From the NCBI RefSeq assembly GCF_000143415.4, contig NW_003314381.1, forward strand, positions 400,293 through 464,292: a DNA stretch of 64,000 bases. The letters are read 5' to 3'. Position numbers and translations under genes: made by a program. Positions 13,301 to 27,527 of the stretch are shown in pieces; position 1 is the stretch's first letter, and every line of letters starts with the position of its first letter. Source of the stretch: Selaginella moellendorffii (lineage: Eukaryota; Plantae; Lycopodiophyta). The notes below the pieces were generated by a model that worked only from the letters and a program-made list of their open reading frames with translations, was not told the origin of the DNA and ran no database searches.

Positions 13301-16300
13301 CCAACGCGTCTGCTCGGACACCTGAGAATTGATCGAGATGTGGTTGACTGACGTCACCCCACAAAATGGCCTCTGAACAATAACAACAAGAACCCCGGCC
13401 CAAGCATCCGTCTCCGACGAGCAGCAGCAGCACTGCAGCTGCACCAGGAGCAACAACTAAAGTGGGTTGAAGAACTGAACATTTTTCAGGCATGCAAATG
13501 TCAGGGAGGGAGGAGGAAAAAAGGAGGGAGAGGGGGAAAAATGGAAGATAAACAAAGTCATTAGGTAGGGAGGCATCTGCGTCGGTTCCTGCTGCTATGC
13601 TCTGATACATGTGTGTGTGGGGTGTGGTGTGGCCACCACCACCACCACCATCACCACCACCATCTCCCACCAGCCTAGCTGCCCCCCATCTCCCTCATTC
13701 ACATGCACTGGGCCAGATCCAACCAGAAAAAAACACACAAAAGAAGTGAAAATGAAACAAGAGGGAAGAGGAAAAGGATCTCATGCCTTGATCCTTCTCA
13801 TTTGACTAGGTAAACCAGCAAGAATGTTCAGCAACTAGGCTATATCAGAATGTTTGAAAAGTTTGTTGGTTTGCTGCTGTGATTTCCCATAATATTCTTA
13901 TAATCAGGCCCTACACAAAACACATGTAGTGCTTGACAGTGCTCTGTGGCTGGCTGCTGCCACTGCTTTCTGTTGTTGCTTTGCTTTATTTTCTTTCCCT
14001 TCTTTTCTATCTTGTGGTTTGTCACTTTTGCTTGCTAGGCACTGTAAGGATCAGATTGGAGTCTGGATTAAGATTGTCCTTCAGGTGTTATTGTGGGACA
14101 GGTTAAGTTGCACAAGTCAAGCTCGCATTGTTTACGCGACGAAGCTCTCTTTTCACGCGGTTTTAAAGCCAGTCTTCCACCCCCTTGATAAACCACACGT
14201 TGAGTCGAAAACCAAGCATTAAACGTGTATGCACATCGTCATTGTGTAGACCCGAAGAAACGAAACATCCTTGCATCCACATAAAGAATATCCTAACAAT
14301 TGGGTGTTATTCTGGATTTGTTTGTGTGATACCACACCACCCCATGTGCATGCATTACGATTGCAAATGCCACCACCACTCTGGGTCCAATCTGATCCCA
14401 TCATTTTGTTATATATCATATATTTCACCAAATATATGAAATCAGAAAAGGAGAAAAATACATCACTCAACACTTGGAGCAGCCCAAAGTACAGAACTGT
14501 TCCACTGTCCACCGATCTGAAAGATAGCTCGGCTCTGTCTGGTGTTGGTAAAGTTGTTGTTGTGCGCCCAGAGACCCTTTCTGAACCTCTGTTGCTGTTC
14601 GTGTGCAAAATTCTGGGAGAGAACTTCTTTTTTTTTCACAAAGTTTCAAATGGTGTAAGAATTCCAGCCAGCCAGCAAGCCTGCCAGCCAACATCACATA
14701 TGTATACCCACACAATACAAAGAAGAATATGTGAATTTGATCTGCTTCCACCCACTAGAGGCCCAGGCGTCCTTTCCACAACCAAATTGGTTAGCCACAG
14801 ACATTGGCTGGTAGTCCCCACGTACACATGCACACACACCACCACCCAACCCTCTTGCTTTCATATATTTCCCCCTTTTCTTTTTGGTGGTATAAATGTT
14901 GGGGAGGGGTGGTGGTGACGAGCACATATAGATATATAACGTATAAACAGCCATATGGCCAGCCTGGTACTCAATTCCCTCATCACTTTCATGGTGGGGA
15001 CTCTTGGCAAGTTCTACTAGTTGTTTTGTTTCTTCTCTCTGTGGAGGAGGAGCTGGAGGACTGTTGGTGGAGAATGAAATGCCGCTTTGTCTCCTACTCC
15101 AAATCATGATCCCATTCCCAAATTCCAAATCCTCTGCTTGATTCCTCTTTTGTGCTGCTGCTGGGGCCATCTGCTAGTGTGTTTGTGGACTTGAAAAGTC
15201 CCGGTATTGGGAGAGTTTAGGATTTGGCATGCGGGATTATAAAATATAAACTTGGTCGTCCTATCGTGTACGTGTCAGCGCCCCGCCACCCGCATATCTG
15301 GCCTCAACAGGAAGATCCATCGCAGAAAAGACTAATTTGGTGTTGTTTTTCTGAAGTAATCGTGTTGGCCTGGCTTTTGGGTAGATTCCTCTGGACAGGA
15401 GATACATGTCTGTTATGTCCACTTAATATTTGGCAAGCCAGGCCTGTGTGTTTGTGTGTGTGCATGATTGAGCTAGTTGATGGAAGTACAAAACTCTAGT
15501 TAAGCTGGCAAAAAACAAAGAATTACTCCAAACATAATCATGCGTTTTAAAGATGAGCTTTTGTTGGGTATAGTGCAAGTTGTTGCTGCTGCTGGAATTG
15601 GTGGCGTTGTTGTTTTTGTTGAGCAAACTTTGCGAGTGTGATATTTATGCGAGAACTTAGCTATCAGAGATCCAAACCCGATGGATTCACGGGCAGCCAA
15701 CACAAAAAAATTTGTCACCAGTAGTAGCAGTCGGTGGGTGCAGCGAAAGTTTCAGGTCCCACATTTTTGTGCCATAGTTGATGTTCGGTCGCAATCCGCA
15801 CCAAGTAGTAGTAGCAGTAGCTTATAAGAGGATGGATGAACAATTCTAGAATTGGCAGCTCGACACACCGCACATCATCATCTCAGCAACAGCAGCACAT
15901 GTTTTACGAAGATCATTCTCTCATTAAGCGCTCAAACCACGCAGAAAATAAATGAACGACCTGAGCTCCTCTCATCACAGCACCACAACCAAGACCACGA
16001 CTTTTTGGCCCACTCTACTTTTGTGGGAGCACAGAATGATGCGCTTAGAAAAGGGCAAGATTGCATGTGGCGCGAGTAGTCCTAGCATGAGTCGGGAGAG
16101 CCCAAGTTGCAGCAATCAAGCTTTGGACCACTTCAAGTGTCCTTTTGTGCTTGGGATAACTTCAAAGAATCCATGGTTGTTTTCATGGGCTTAAAGATCA
16201 TATCAATGTCACGGACCCAAGGTTTTGTGTGTCTGAATGTACGTTGTGTGGCAACATCAGGGCCTCCACTTCTAGGCGGTGAAATCTCCATGACGCAAAT

Positions 16301-17203
16301 TCCCATCCCTAGAGAAGAATGGGAGCTTTTAACTTTGACCATCGCGATCCAGATGCCCAGTTAGGGGGATTGTTATCGTGTAAGCTTCTACTTGGCTGCC
16401 GCAAAAACAATAAGAAAAGGGAAAAGAAGGTGGTGGCGTGAGGAATAATGTACTGTTGGTGCCGCATTTTTTGTTGTCCTACTACCATGTGATGATATGG
16501 CTATTACTTTCTTTTTCTTATTCTTCTCATCGTCATCGTCATCAGGACATTATAGTGGCTTGGATCGGCCCATGAGATGATAGCCCAAGGTGTCCGAAAA
16601 ATCTGCCCAAGTAGTTTTTTCGTAGCTTTTGGACTTTTTTTTGTCCAAGGTCAGATTGGCAAGTTACACAGGCTTGACACGAGGAGGATAAGTGATGCGT
16701 GAGAGCAATCCAGCCACGGGGTTTCGCGGAAAGTTTGCGAGACACCAAACAGGAATCACACAAAAGGAGAAGAAGATATTACACTTTTATCCCATTTCTT
16801 TATCACGCCAGCTTTGTAAACTTCGAAATTCTTGAATCAAACCCTAGAGAAGCTTTCAACTTCCAAAGGCTGTATTATCAGAAAATTGTCAATACACAAA
16901 GCGAATAGTGGGTGGATCCACCCAAGTTTCAATAATAGTTGCATCCAAATCCATTGCAACCACATGATCTTCATACCAACTTCTTCCCCCTCAAAAAGAA
17001 TCATAAATCTCTCCCCGGCCACCCCAAGAATTTACAAACCCCACGTATGGAAGTTACAATCGACAAAAGAGGAGAGGGGAGGAGTAATAAGATATGTTGT
17101 GTGTAAGAAGGAAAAAATAGAAGTATGAACAAACAAACCACCTGAGAATGATGATCCGATCGATCATCCGCGCGATCGAATCACATGTATATATACGTAT
17201 AGA

Positions 17204-20200
17204 TCAGCTGTGCCGCTCCAATCTGTGAGGCCGCGACGCCGAGATGGAGCTGGAAGAATCGCCCTCGCCCTCTTGACCCTCTCGATCGTCCTCGCTCGAT
17301 TCCATCGTCTTGGCGGCGTCCAGCTGTGACGAGGATGGAGGAAGATCGTGGCCATCGCGCCTCCTCCTCTTGGACGAGGAGCTACTGCCATTGGAGGAGC
17401 TGGCGCGGTCGCGATCGTCGTCGCGCTCCTCGCGATCCTGCGGGACTTGGTGGAGCGCCAGCGACAGATGCCCAATCCCGGCATCTTTGAGGTTGTCGAG
17501 ATTCAAGGGCGGGGAGGATCGCTTCCTGGCCGCATTGCCGCTGCTGCTGGCCAGATCCACGCCGAAAAGCCTCGTCCCGGCGGTGGGAAGGGCCCCCTCG
17601 CCTCGATCAATCCTGCCCAATTGCCCCCCGCGAAACAGAGCACCGCCACCGCCTCCGCCACCATCGCTGGATCGCAGCGCCGCGCTATGGTCCTGGAACT
17701 GGAAGAGCCGCTGCTGGTGGAAGGGCGTGATCTCCTCGATGGGCACCGCCATGGGCGGTGGAGGAGAGGAAGAAGAATCGTTCTTGCCTGGAAGAGGCGG
17801 AGGAAATCTATACCCCGAGCCAGACGAAGAGAACTGGAACCACGGATGCGCCGCCGCCGCGGGTGGTGGTGGCGCCGCTGGGAGTGGATTGCCAAATCCT
17901 CCCTGCTGCCGCGAAGAAATCCCCCAATTGGATCGAGCTGCCGCGGCCGCGGCGGCAGCGGCGGAATTGATCATCATCTGCTGGTGGTGGTGGTGGTGCT
18001 GCTGGGCGGCGGCGGCGGCGGCTGCGTGGTGGTGATGATGTATCGAGGGATGAGCAGCGGCGCCGCCAGGAGGGACCGGTCTTCTCCGCCAGCTGATGTA
18101 GAGCTCCTGGCCTGGCCCCCGCTCGAAGGTGACGATGTCTCCGGCGTCGAGCTTCTTCTCCTTGACGAAGCGGCTCCATCCCTTAGTGAGGACGTAGCTC
18201 TGGCTGCTGTTCCAGTACGAGTAGCGGAACCTCCACACCTTGCCGGTGATGTCCTCGAACGAGAGCAGCAATCCCTTCTCGTTGGCGGAGAGATCCAGCG
18301 GGAAGCAGCGCTCGGCGTGCTGCTTGGGGATCACCAGCCGGTTGAGCTTCCCCACGTCGCTGGGCGTGACCGCCTTGTCGAAGAGGTGCTCGCGGTGGAC
18401 CGCGCGGGCGGCGGTGGCGGACGGCTTGGCTGGCGGGGCCGCTGCCGCTGGGTGGTGGATCATCATCTGTGGATGATTCATCTCCCGCATCACAGCAGCC
18501 GCGCTGGATGATCGGAGCTGCTGCTGGTGATGATCCTGCCAGGAGTTCTTGGGGCCAAGGACTTGCTGGGAGCTCGAGGAGGAGGAGAATTGGTGGTGGT
18601 GAGCATGGTGGTGGTGGTGATTGTCCGGGACGATGGCGATGGAGGCCGCGGCTGCCTCGGCAGCAGCCGCCGCCACCGCGCGGGCGTGCGTGATCTTGCG
18701 GCTCTGGTCGAGCTCCTCGTCGTAGGTGTGGCGGCGGAGCATGTCCACGACTTGCTCCTTGGAATGCAGGCGGAGGAAGGAGGCCTCGGGATCGGAGTCG
18801 TGGACGGGGCGGAAGTTGGTCATGGCGTCGCGGCCACGGAATTTGATGGCGGCGCGGTCGTACGCTCGCGCCGCCTCCTCCTCCTTGTTGAACGTGCCCA
18901 GCCACACGCGCTGGTGCTTCTCGTAGATTTGCGCGCCCCATCGCCCGTTTGGCTGCGGCACCACGCCCTTGTACTGCGAAGAGGGCAGCTTGCCACTCTC
19001 GGAGCTCAGAACCATTGCGCCACCGCCGCCACCACCGCCACCACTTTTGGTGGTGGAATTCATGGTGATGGACGTTTCTTGATCTGGATCCAGGATCATG
19101 AGAAGATTGCTGTTGTTGTTGTTGGTGGTGGTGGTGGTGGTGCCGCCACTACCTCCGCCAGCACCACCACCACCTGGATCTTGCTGGGACCTTTGCAATG
19201 CCTCCACCCAGCTATGGCTGCCGGAGGAATTCTCAGCCTGGTGCTTGATTGACACGGTCGCCATCTTGCTGGATTCGAATTTGGAGGCTTCGCTTTCTTC
19301 TACTGCTTCTTCTTCTTTCTCTTGCTCTTGTTCTTCCTCCTTTGCTTGCTTTGGAGCTTGCTGAATTGTCACTGCTGCTCGCGATCGTTGGTCGGTGCCA
19401 GTGGCGGTGGCGGATGATTTCTTGCGGGAATTTTCGTGGCGATCGGCGGTGAGGGAGAGCGTGAGTGTGACATCGGGATCTGATGGAGCTGCTCCTCCTG
19501 CTGGCGATGATCTTCGCTTTGCTACCGATGAGGTTGTTCGCTGGATTCCCAGTCCCAAACCCAATCCCATGACCGCTGCCGCCTCCAATTCTGACCACCG
19601 ACCGGCTGCCGCCGAGCTGGATGATCCGGGAGCCTGGAATTTGGAAGCCAATCAGCCATTGCAAAGCCAAAGAGAAAAAAAAACGAGAAAGAAACGAACT
19701 TGGAGATAAAACTAGCAGGTAGAAAGATAGAATTATCCAATCTTGTGCAAACGGGAGGAGTGAGAAGATCTCTTTCTCTACCTTGAAGTGTGGTGAGATT
19801 GTTTGAACCAAGGTCGTGGCCGCCATTAGTAAGTCTCGCTCTCCAGCGACAACTTCTTCTTCGCCTTGATCTCCAACTGGATCACTAGATCGCGAATTCC
19901 CGGAACTTTGCAACGATCTAACAGAAAACCATGCAAACCATTTGTTAGATCAATTGACAATTGAGGGAGAGAGAGAGAGAGAGAGAGAGAGCGCGAGGAA
20001 AATCTCGTTTTTCCTGGTGGCGTGCGAGACACTCACTTGCCTGATTCCTCCTTCTTCTTGGTTCTTCTCAAGCTCTTCACTGGACACAATTTGATCCTTG
20101 ATCTCTTGGTGACGATCCTCCTCCTCCTCCTCCTTGGTCGAATTGTTGTCACTCTCGGAAGAATTCTTTGTTTCGGTGCTAGTGCGATGCGATTTCTCCT

Positions 20201-20279
20201 CGTCCTCCTCCTGTTTGCTGGCCAATTCCTGTGCTTGCTCCGAGCTAGCCTGTCCAGGATCCAGCTCAATTATATGCAT
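17204..20279 (-). CDS. RAV: RAV-family transcription factor (AP2 + B3 + RLFGV repression motif)
   Basis: AP2 [32 protein letters not shown]3 [39 protein letters not shown], and RLFGVDL. Proposed exons 20279-20041 (GC donor), 19917-19782 and 19633-17204 are all in phase. The two upstream exons are less certain than the main exon. Confidence 0.95.
19967..19992. repeat. (GA)n microsatellite; further GA tracts at ~20533-20595
   Basis: Direct reading of the sequence. Confidence 0.9.
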
Positions 20280-22766
20280 ATATATGCAATTAGCGCGCCA
20301 GCGAATCCAGCTAGCGAGCGCGCTCCGCCTTGCAAACACCCCGCCGCAACGAAGAAATCATGCAGCGAAGGCAAGCAAGAGATGCTTCGCTTGAGCGCTG
20401 CTGGCGTCGGATCCAAGCAAATCCAATCCAGCAGGACCAAGCGCGAAAGCTTGCGCGAGGAGAAGAAGCCTCTTGGAAGGAAAGATCAGCGCCAATTCAC
20501 GGAGAAGACCGACTTGAGGAGAGGAATTGGGGGAGAGAGAGAGAGAGAGCGTGTGAAGAAAGAGAGAGAGGGAGAGTGAGAGAGAGTGAGAGAGCGCTCG
20601 AGCGAGGAAGACGAAAGGAATTTCCTTGTTATTCTTTGTTTAGAGGATTGTGCTTTGGAGTGATGGATTGGAGGAGAGAAATTTGGAGTGGGGAGAGGGA
20701 ATGCGGCTTTAAAGGGCCAGGGAGTGAGAAGGTTTGCCGATATGGGTAGAACACTTCGCTGGTGGTCAGGTTAGACAGCACAGCCAGCTAGCTGCTGCTT
20801 TTGGGGACGCACGCGTGGTGAAGCCGAGTAAAAACATCGTGAAAAAGATCAAAGAGGTTCCCAAAAAACAAACGTAGACAGAGGATGATGATCGTTTCCG
20901 CGGACAAATTTATATACAGCAGCATAAAAATCTTTGTAATAGTAGCTCCTTTTCTTTAACTCAATTATTTGGGCATGTAAGCTAGACTGATTGAGATTCG
21001 TTGCTGTTGTTTGTGTTTTTCTTCCTTGTGTGCTTTTTTTTTTTTTTTTTCCCCCTTTTTTTTGCATTTTCTTATCTCTTATCCTTTTTTTATTTGTGTT
21101 TTGCCCCCTTTGACGAGCGAGTTGAGCTACTTAACTTTGCGTGTTGTTTGTTGTTTGCTGCCTCGCGTGGCTGCGGGAAGAAGCCGGGCGGTGCCACGAA
21201 TTTTCGGCCAAGGAAGATTTATACCAAACTTTTCTGTACGTGGGAGTAAAACTCCGTTACGTTTTCTAAACTTTTTTCTGAAATCAACTCAAATTGAAAA
21301 AAAAAAAAAAAAAAGGAGAAATGCTGAATCGAGTTGAGCTGGTTTCAAGTGGTGTTTCAGAAGCTGTTGTGTTGCTTTCTCAATCTTTATTTCCAAATAA
21401 ATGTTTAGCAAAAAACGGATTAAAAGAGATTAAAATCTCAAAAGCTCGGGGGTGGTGGGCTCATGAGCGGCTGCCACGCGTCAAACCCCCCATGAAAGGC
21501 TGTACCTCAGCTGGCTGCAAGGTGGGGGACTCATATAATTGGAGATGATTGAGATGTGGCAAAAGTTTAGTTTTTCACCTTCTTTTTTATTTCCATTTTC
21601 CCCCTCTTCTTGTCTTGCAACTCTCAATCCAATCCTTAAATCCTCAAATCCCTTCATTCCCAATCTCATCTTCTTGTTTGCTGAGCCCCCTCTTTCTCAT
21701 CTCTTTAGCTGATGCTAGCTTATAATTCTCCCTCATTCTTGGGAGGATCATGTCATCTCAAACAGTCCTAGCACCCCTACTGGTGAGCAATGCAAAGTGA
21801 AGTAAGCAACCCCAACACAATCAATCAATCACTCCTCCACTCAAAGCACCAATTACTCAACCTCTGAGTCAAACACAAGCAGGAAAAAATAAAGCAGAGA
21901 GGAAACTAGAAAAGTGAGATGCTTAACTTAAACTCATCACCTTCGCCTTGCTGTTGCTGGCCTTTGTTGTGTTGTGTGCTGCCACAGGATAGATAAGCTG
22001 CTGGAAGGCCCGCTTCTTTATTGGTCGCGTACAGAACTTGGCAATCTAGCGCCTGAGACAAAGCTGGAAACGAAACCTGAGGACGAAGAAAAGGAGATAA
22101 ATGCCAGGCAGAGAGAAAGAGAAAGAGAAAGAGGGTGCAAGCTCACGTACCACCGTTGTTGGTTATATGACAAGGCTACAGCGAAAAGCCGCCACAGCCC
22201 CCACAGTTGGTGAAACGTCAACAAACTTTGCCCGCTTTAAAATTCTCTCTTTTCTTCTCCTCGCCTTCTTGGGAGGTCTGCTGTCCTTCAGGTACCAAAT
22301 CCACCTCATTCCCTTCTGTGCAGGCCATTCCAAAAGCTTCACAGGTAGATCTGCTTCATTTTGTTGCGTGTAACAATCGCCAAGCTCCCTGCTGGTTAAC
22401 AAACAAGTAGCAAAAGTTAGAGAGAGAGATAGGAAAGCAAAGGGGGGAAAAAGAAAAAGGAGAGACTTGGACCACACAGCGTCCTTTCTGTGTGAAAACG
22501 TATTTACCCATTGACGCCAGAGATTTGTAATGGATCGATTCAGCAGCCGCGGAGGTCAAACAAGTTGTGCTCCGACGTGTTTGCAAGGCCCACTTGACCC
22601 GGTTGTTGTCTAAGAGTTCTGCTGCGCTCAGTCTCTTCGTCCCTGATCCCCAAAAACGGCCCTTCACCCGTCCTCTCTTGGCAGCTTGCATTGCACCTAT
22701 ATCACCCCCGCCATGTGAAGGCGGCCGAGCAATGGCCACGTCTGTTTCACTTCACCCCCCGCACGC

Positions 22767-24222
22767 TTAAGCACCCTCTGGAAGTATGTCCCACACGTAT
22801 GATCCCAGCTTGCCACCCCTGTAAAACTGTAGCAGTCTTCTGGCAACTTTGTTGTACCCCTCGTATCCGTCCGACTGCGGGACTCTGAAGGTCTTTCGCA
22901 GCTCGTACATCTGGTTGTCGATCAGCTCTGTCATCGCGTCCTCGTCTTCCAGATCGCCGTCGAAGTTGATCATCAGGGAGGTAATAGCCTCGCGGACGGC
23001 TCGTTCCTGCGGGGAGCATCCTTTCTGCATCATTACAAGCATTAGAGTCCGTCCGAAACCAAATGCTCGCTTCATTACCACTTCCCAGTGGCCGTAGTCT
23101 CTGGCATTTGGCTTTAGTTTCTTCGCAAACACTGGCCTTCGAATGTTTAGCAGCGCCAGCAAGTATCTGGCAAGTCGATCTTCGCCGATAACGGAGTCCT
23201 TGACAGCGCCTGGATAAGCACAAGACCGTGATCTTTTCCACGAGAGAAATTCACACGCACCTGTTATAGCCAGCTTCAATCCAGTTTCCACACTCTTGAT
23301 GTTCGGAATCAAAACTCCTGGTGTATCTAGCAAATAAATACTGGGACACTGACCTATCTATCAACAAAGATAGTAGTAAGATCTCCTATAAAAAAGACCA
23401 AAGAACTTATGTACCTTGAATCCTGAAATGATCTTGGTAACACCAGGAAGCGGGCCAACTTGAGCCTTCTTAGGCCTGCCCTGCACTAAGATACAAACAA
23501 GCTCGTTACAAACCCAGAGAAACAATGAAGAAAAGGTCTACCTGTGGCCTGATATAAAGCATTCGTGAGCACAGACTTTCCAACATTTGGAATGCCGGCT
23601 ATCATCACAAGAAGCGTGGCCTCCTTTTGGATAGCACCAGCTAAACGCTCCTTGATATCAACAACCATCTGTAGTGTCCGAGCCATAAGAACCAACACAG
23701 AAAATTCCCACGAAAGAAAAACACGAAAAGAGCTCTTACACTGTGGACCGAGTGTTTCGAGTGAGCGTTTACATAGATGGGAACCTGGCCTTGAGCTTCA
23801 AAGTATTTCTTCCAATTCTGCCAAAACAAATCCACCTAAGAACATGCAAACACGATGGCACACACACACACACGCACACACACAACACTTACATGGATCA
23901 TATTCGAAGACGCCAAATCCATCTTGTTCATCACAATGACATGCTTCTTCTTCGAAATAAACTCTCCAAGCTCATCGTTCGCGGAGGAAAGCGGAATCTG
24001 CCACAAGAAAACCAAGAAACTAAAGCAAATCCTCCCACATTCTCACTCCCATACCCTAGCATCGCGAATTTCCAGCACCAGATCCACATACTTGAAGCGC
24101 TGCTGGATATCGCGCATCGCCTTGACCATATGCCCCGGATACCAGCAAACCTTGGCATTACCGGCCGTCTGGAGCGCCATCTTCGTGATGAGATTGAGCT
24201 TCTTGGCCGCGGGAGCCGCCAT
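22767..24222 (-). CDS. Circularly permuted GTPase, RbgA/YlqF/MTG1 (DAR GTPase) family, multi-exon
   Basis: WYPGHMVKAMRDI..VDLVLEIRDAR, G4-like VMNKMD, G1 AGIPNVGKS, PGVTK, G3 LLDTPGVL, and C-terminal LLQFYRGGKLG. Confidence 0.9.
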
Positions 24223-24457
24223 AACTCCGTGGACGAAGAAACGAAGAACCCTAAATCCGCGTAAAGTAAAACCAAGCTCTTGAAGATTTAATGTACAAGG
24301 CCTATCTTTCTCCTTTCGTAACATTTTCCTTTCTTTCTTTATGGTAGAGCCTTCTTCTACCATGGTGGATTTGATCTTGAACTTCTCCATCTTCTTCTTC
24401 TTTACCATGGTTTCTTACACTTCCATGGCTTCATTCACTTCTTCCTCCTCGTGTTCG

Positions 24458-26700
24458 TCACGGCCTCAGCATTAACTTGCCAGTAGCATCGTGCTGGAGT
24501 TCCTCTTTCGGCCTCACCACCGGTATAATCACTGGCGATCCCGTCAAGAACTCTTGCCGCTCAGGCTTCACACCCTCGAGAGTTCTTCCAAACGAATCCC
24601 CCTCCGCCGCGGCAGTAACCTCCGGGGACGTGACCGCCGACGTCGCTGGAAGGCTGAGAGCCGAGTCGGATCCACCACTCTGGCTTGGAACCGAGCTCCC
24701 TGGCGGAGCTCCAAGCATGGGAACCATCTCCATTCCGCCAGCACCAGCACCAGCACCACCACCGCCGCCGCCGCCGCTGCCACCGCCGCCATTCCTATCA
24801 TGAGCATTGCTGTTCCTCGCGGCAGGAACATCGTGATTGTGCTTGCCTTCGTACGTAGTTATCACTGCTCTGGGATCATCACAGGCCCTCTCGACGTGCT
24901 TTCGCACCGGACATCCGAGATTGGTACACTTGTAGTAGCTCCTGGAGGAGAACCATAAATGCACGCATTAAGACACACGAAAACTACAAGAACACTGTTC
25001 TTACCGGGGGTGTGGATTGCCTTTGACGACCTTTTGTCCATACTTGCGCCAGCGATAACCGTCGTCCAGAATATCAACTTCGCTGGTCGTCTGCACGACC
25101 ACTCGAGGCTCGCGGACATTCTTCGGAATGGGAGGACTCTCCCTGGACAGCTTTTCTTTTTTCCTGGGGATAAGAAACAAAAGAGAAAAAGGAGTTACTT
25201 GCGTACACGGCATTGAGAACTTGAGCTGCGTCTTACCTGCGTTTTCCATCGGGCTCATCCTCGTCATCACTCCCAGACGATGATGAGTGCTCGCTGGCTC
25301 CACCATTCGACTGATTGCGGCCTACTTCGGTCTTGTCCGTGCTCCCGTTTCTTACGCTCAAAGACTTGGACATGAGGTTTGCCGCACTCATCGCCATTCT
25401 GCGAGTTGGCTGCGGCTTGGGATGGTTGTGTTCGCCTTCGTAGACTATCTCGGTAACTTGCCCGTCGGGAGAGCGCTCGACTTTCTTCTTCATCGGGCAA
25501 TTCACGTACGTGCACTTGTAGTAGCTCCGAGGATTCTCACTGCCTTTCACCAGCTTCTGCCCGTATTTACGCCAATTGTATCCGTCGTCCGAGGATCTTT
25601 CCGCAGGAGGAGGAGGGGGCGAAGCTGAAGTCGTCCGGTTTTGGTCCGGTTGTGTGGGAGATTGTTTTTGCGGCTCCTGCTGCTTCTCTGCTTGGATATT
25701 TGCCGACAGTTGCAAGGATGTAGGTGGCAAAGGATCCGACTGTACAGGCGCGTGTCCTTGCGGTTTCTGCTGTAGCTGCGATTGTGTCTCGGCAAAACTC
25801 TGTTGTGAAAAGCTAAATGGAGCCTGAGCACGACATAACCAACGTTAGCGAAGAGAAGTACCAAGTACCAGTGAATAAAAATGAACACGTACCGCATTTC
25901 CAAAATTTCCCAGAGGCGACAACGAGTTGCGAGTTCCTGTCTTTGGGAAAGGCTTAAAGACAAAGCCCGAGCCGCCCCCATCCTGTTCTTTCACCTTGGA
26001 GTTTTCGCCGGGCTTGATTCCGTTCCCACTAAGCAAAGGAGGCAACGGGAAAGTACCTGTAGTTGGCGATGGTTCCGGCTGCTGCAATCACGAAAAAACC
26101 AGCCATGAATACAACTTTCCAACCAAGAGCGAGCAAAAAACGAGTGAGCGAGAAAGAGCGAGCGAGAAAACTCACATGAGATGTTGAAAGAAGAACTGGC
26201 GAATCCAGTAAGGTGGTTGGGCTGAGCCCCGGAGGAATTGTCACGCAAGGAGCTCTTGGAATCGGTAGGCGCGATGGAGGCATCGACTTGAAGCGTGCAG
26301 TAGACGGCCTGATTGGTCCTGACGCTGGCAAGCCACCGCTCTTGCAACTTTCCGCCGTAGTAGTCGCAGTTGTCGTCGAAGTTCTAGCCGCTAGCCTCTC
26401 GGCAAAGCTACCAGCCGTGGAAGAAGCCAGCAGCCTCGAAGAGATCCCATTCAAACCATCTGTTTGCTTCTCGTCCGCCGTCATAGCTCCCGCTAGCAAG
26501 CTCGAGTAAGAAGCCGAGTTGTCGGCGTCGTGGTCGGCTAGAAAGTTTGCCATCAAGCTCATGGGACTTGGGCTGGAATCGCTGCTCTTTCCAAACGAAT
26601 CAAGCGAGAGCCGACCCCGAGAAGGCGTTGGCTTGCGCAGCATAACGCCTCCACCCCCATCCGCTGGACCAGCTCCACTCTCCTCCCCATCTAGCTTCAT
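24458..26700 (-). CDS. WRKY: Group I WRKY transcription factor (two WRKY domains), multi-exon
   Basis: [30 protein letters not shown] and [21 protein letters not shown]|SYYKCT..HNH. N-terminal SP cluster [25 protein letters not shown]. Confidence 0.95.
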
Positions 26701-27527
26701 CTCCCGACCTATAATCTCACCCAGCGAGCGCAGCAGCCGCGATCTCGAGCACCATTTGCCAGAAATTTCTTCCCTGCGCTGACACGCGCCTTGAATTTCT
26801 TATCCCTGCTGTGCCAGTGGAGCTGCCAGCGGCCGAAATGCCGTGTTCCTGAGGGGACCGCCCTGTTCACACTGCCCGCGCGAAACCCTGATTTCCCAGC
26901 GATCAGAGATCGATGCCGCCACAACCAGCGCTGACTCCGCGAGAGATCCGGCGGCGGCCAAATTCTTGGGGGATAACCTAGAAGAGATGGAATCGCGAGG
27001 CCATGGAGCTCATACCGGCGGCGAAGAACAAGGCGCTAGCTTGGATGCAAATTCCTCGCGCCGCCGCAGCGCAGCTTAGCTCGCGCCCCCTCCTCCAAAA
27101 TGCGAGCGGTGAAAATTTCTCTCTCACGCTTCACAAAAACAAGGGGGATTCACGCAGAGCATTGTAAAAAATGAGTTGTCCTCGTACGTAAACATACTTC
27201 TTTGACCAAGGGGGCAATTTTTTAATGGCGGGGTTAAAAACAATGGGCCTGGGATGCCGCCACGTGGCACAACGCAAATCGCACGGTCGAGAATTCGTCC
27301 ACTTTTAACTCATCGAAATAGAAGGTAACGGAAATGCAAGATCTTTGTAAAAAGAAAGAGGAAAAAAATCGCCAAAACTTCGGTCCATTGTTTTATGCTG
27401 AGCACGAGACGACGACGAAGAGTGATCTTAATCTCCAAAAACTTCCCTGAAAGTTTTGGAGAGAAAGGAGAAGGAAGTTTAGCCAAGAGCGATGGAGAAA
27501 ACGAAAGAAAAGCTATAAGTTACCGCA

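Noticed and set aside
17310-19452. Long overlapping ORFs (241-387 aa) on other frames and the opposite strand of RAV
   Set aside because: Shadow ORFs of GC-rich low-complexity coding sequence, with no motifs.
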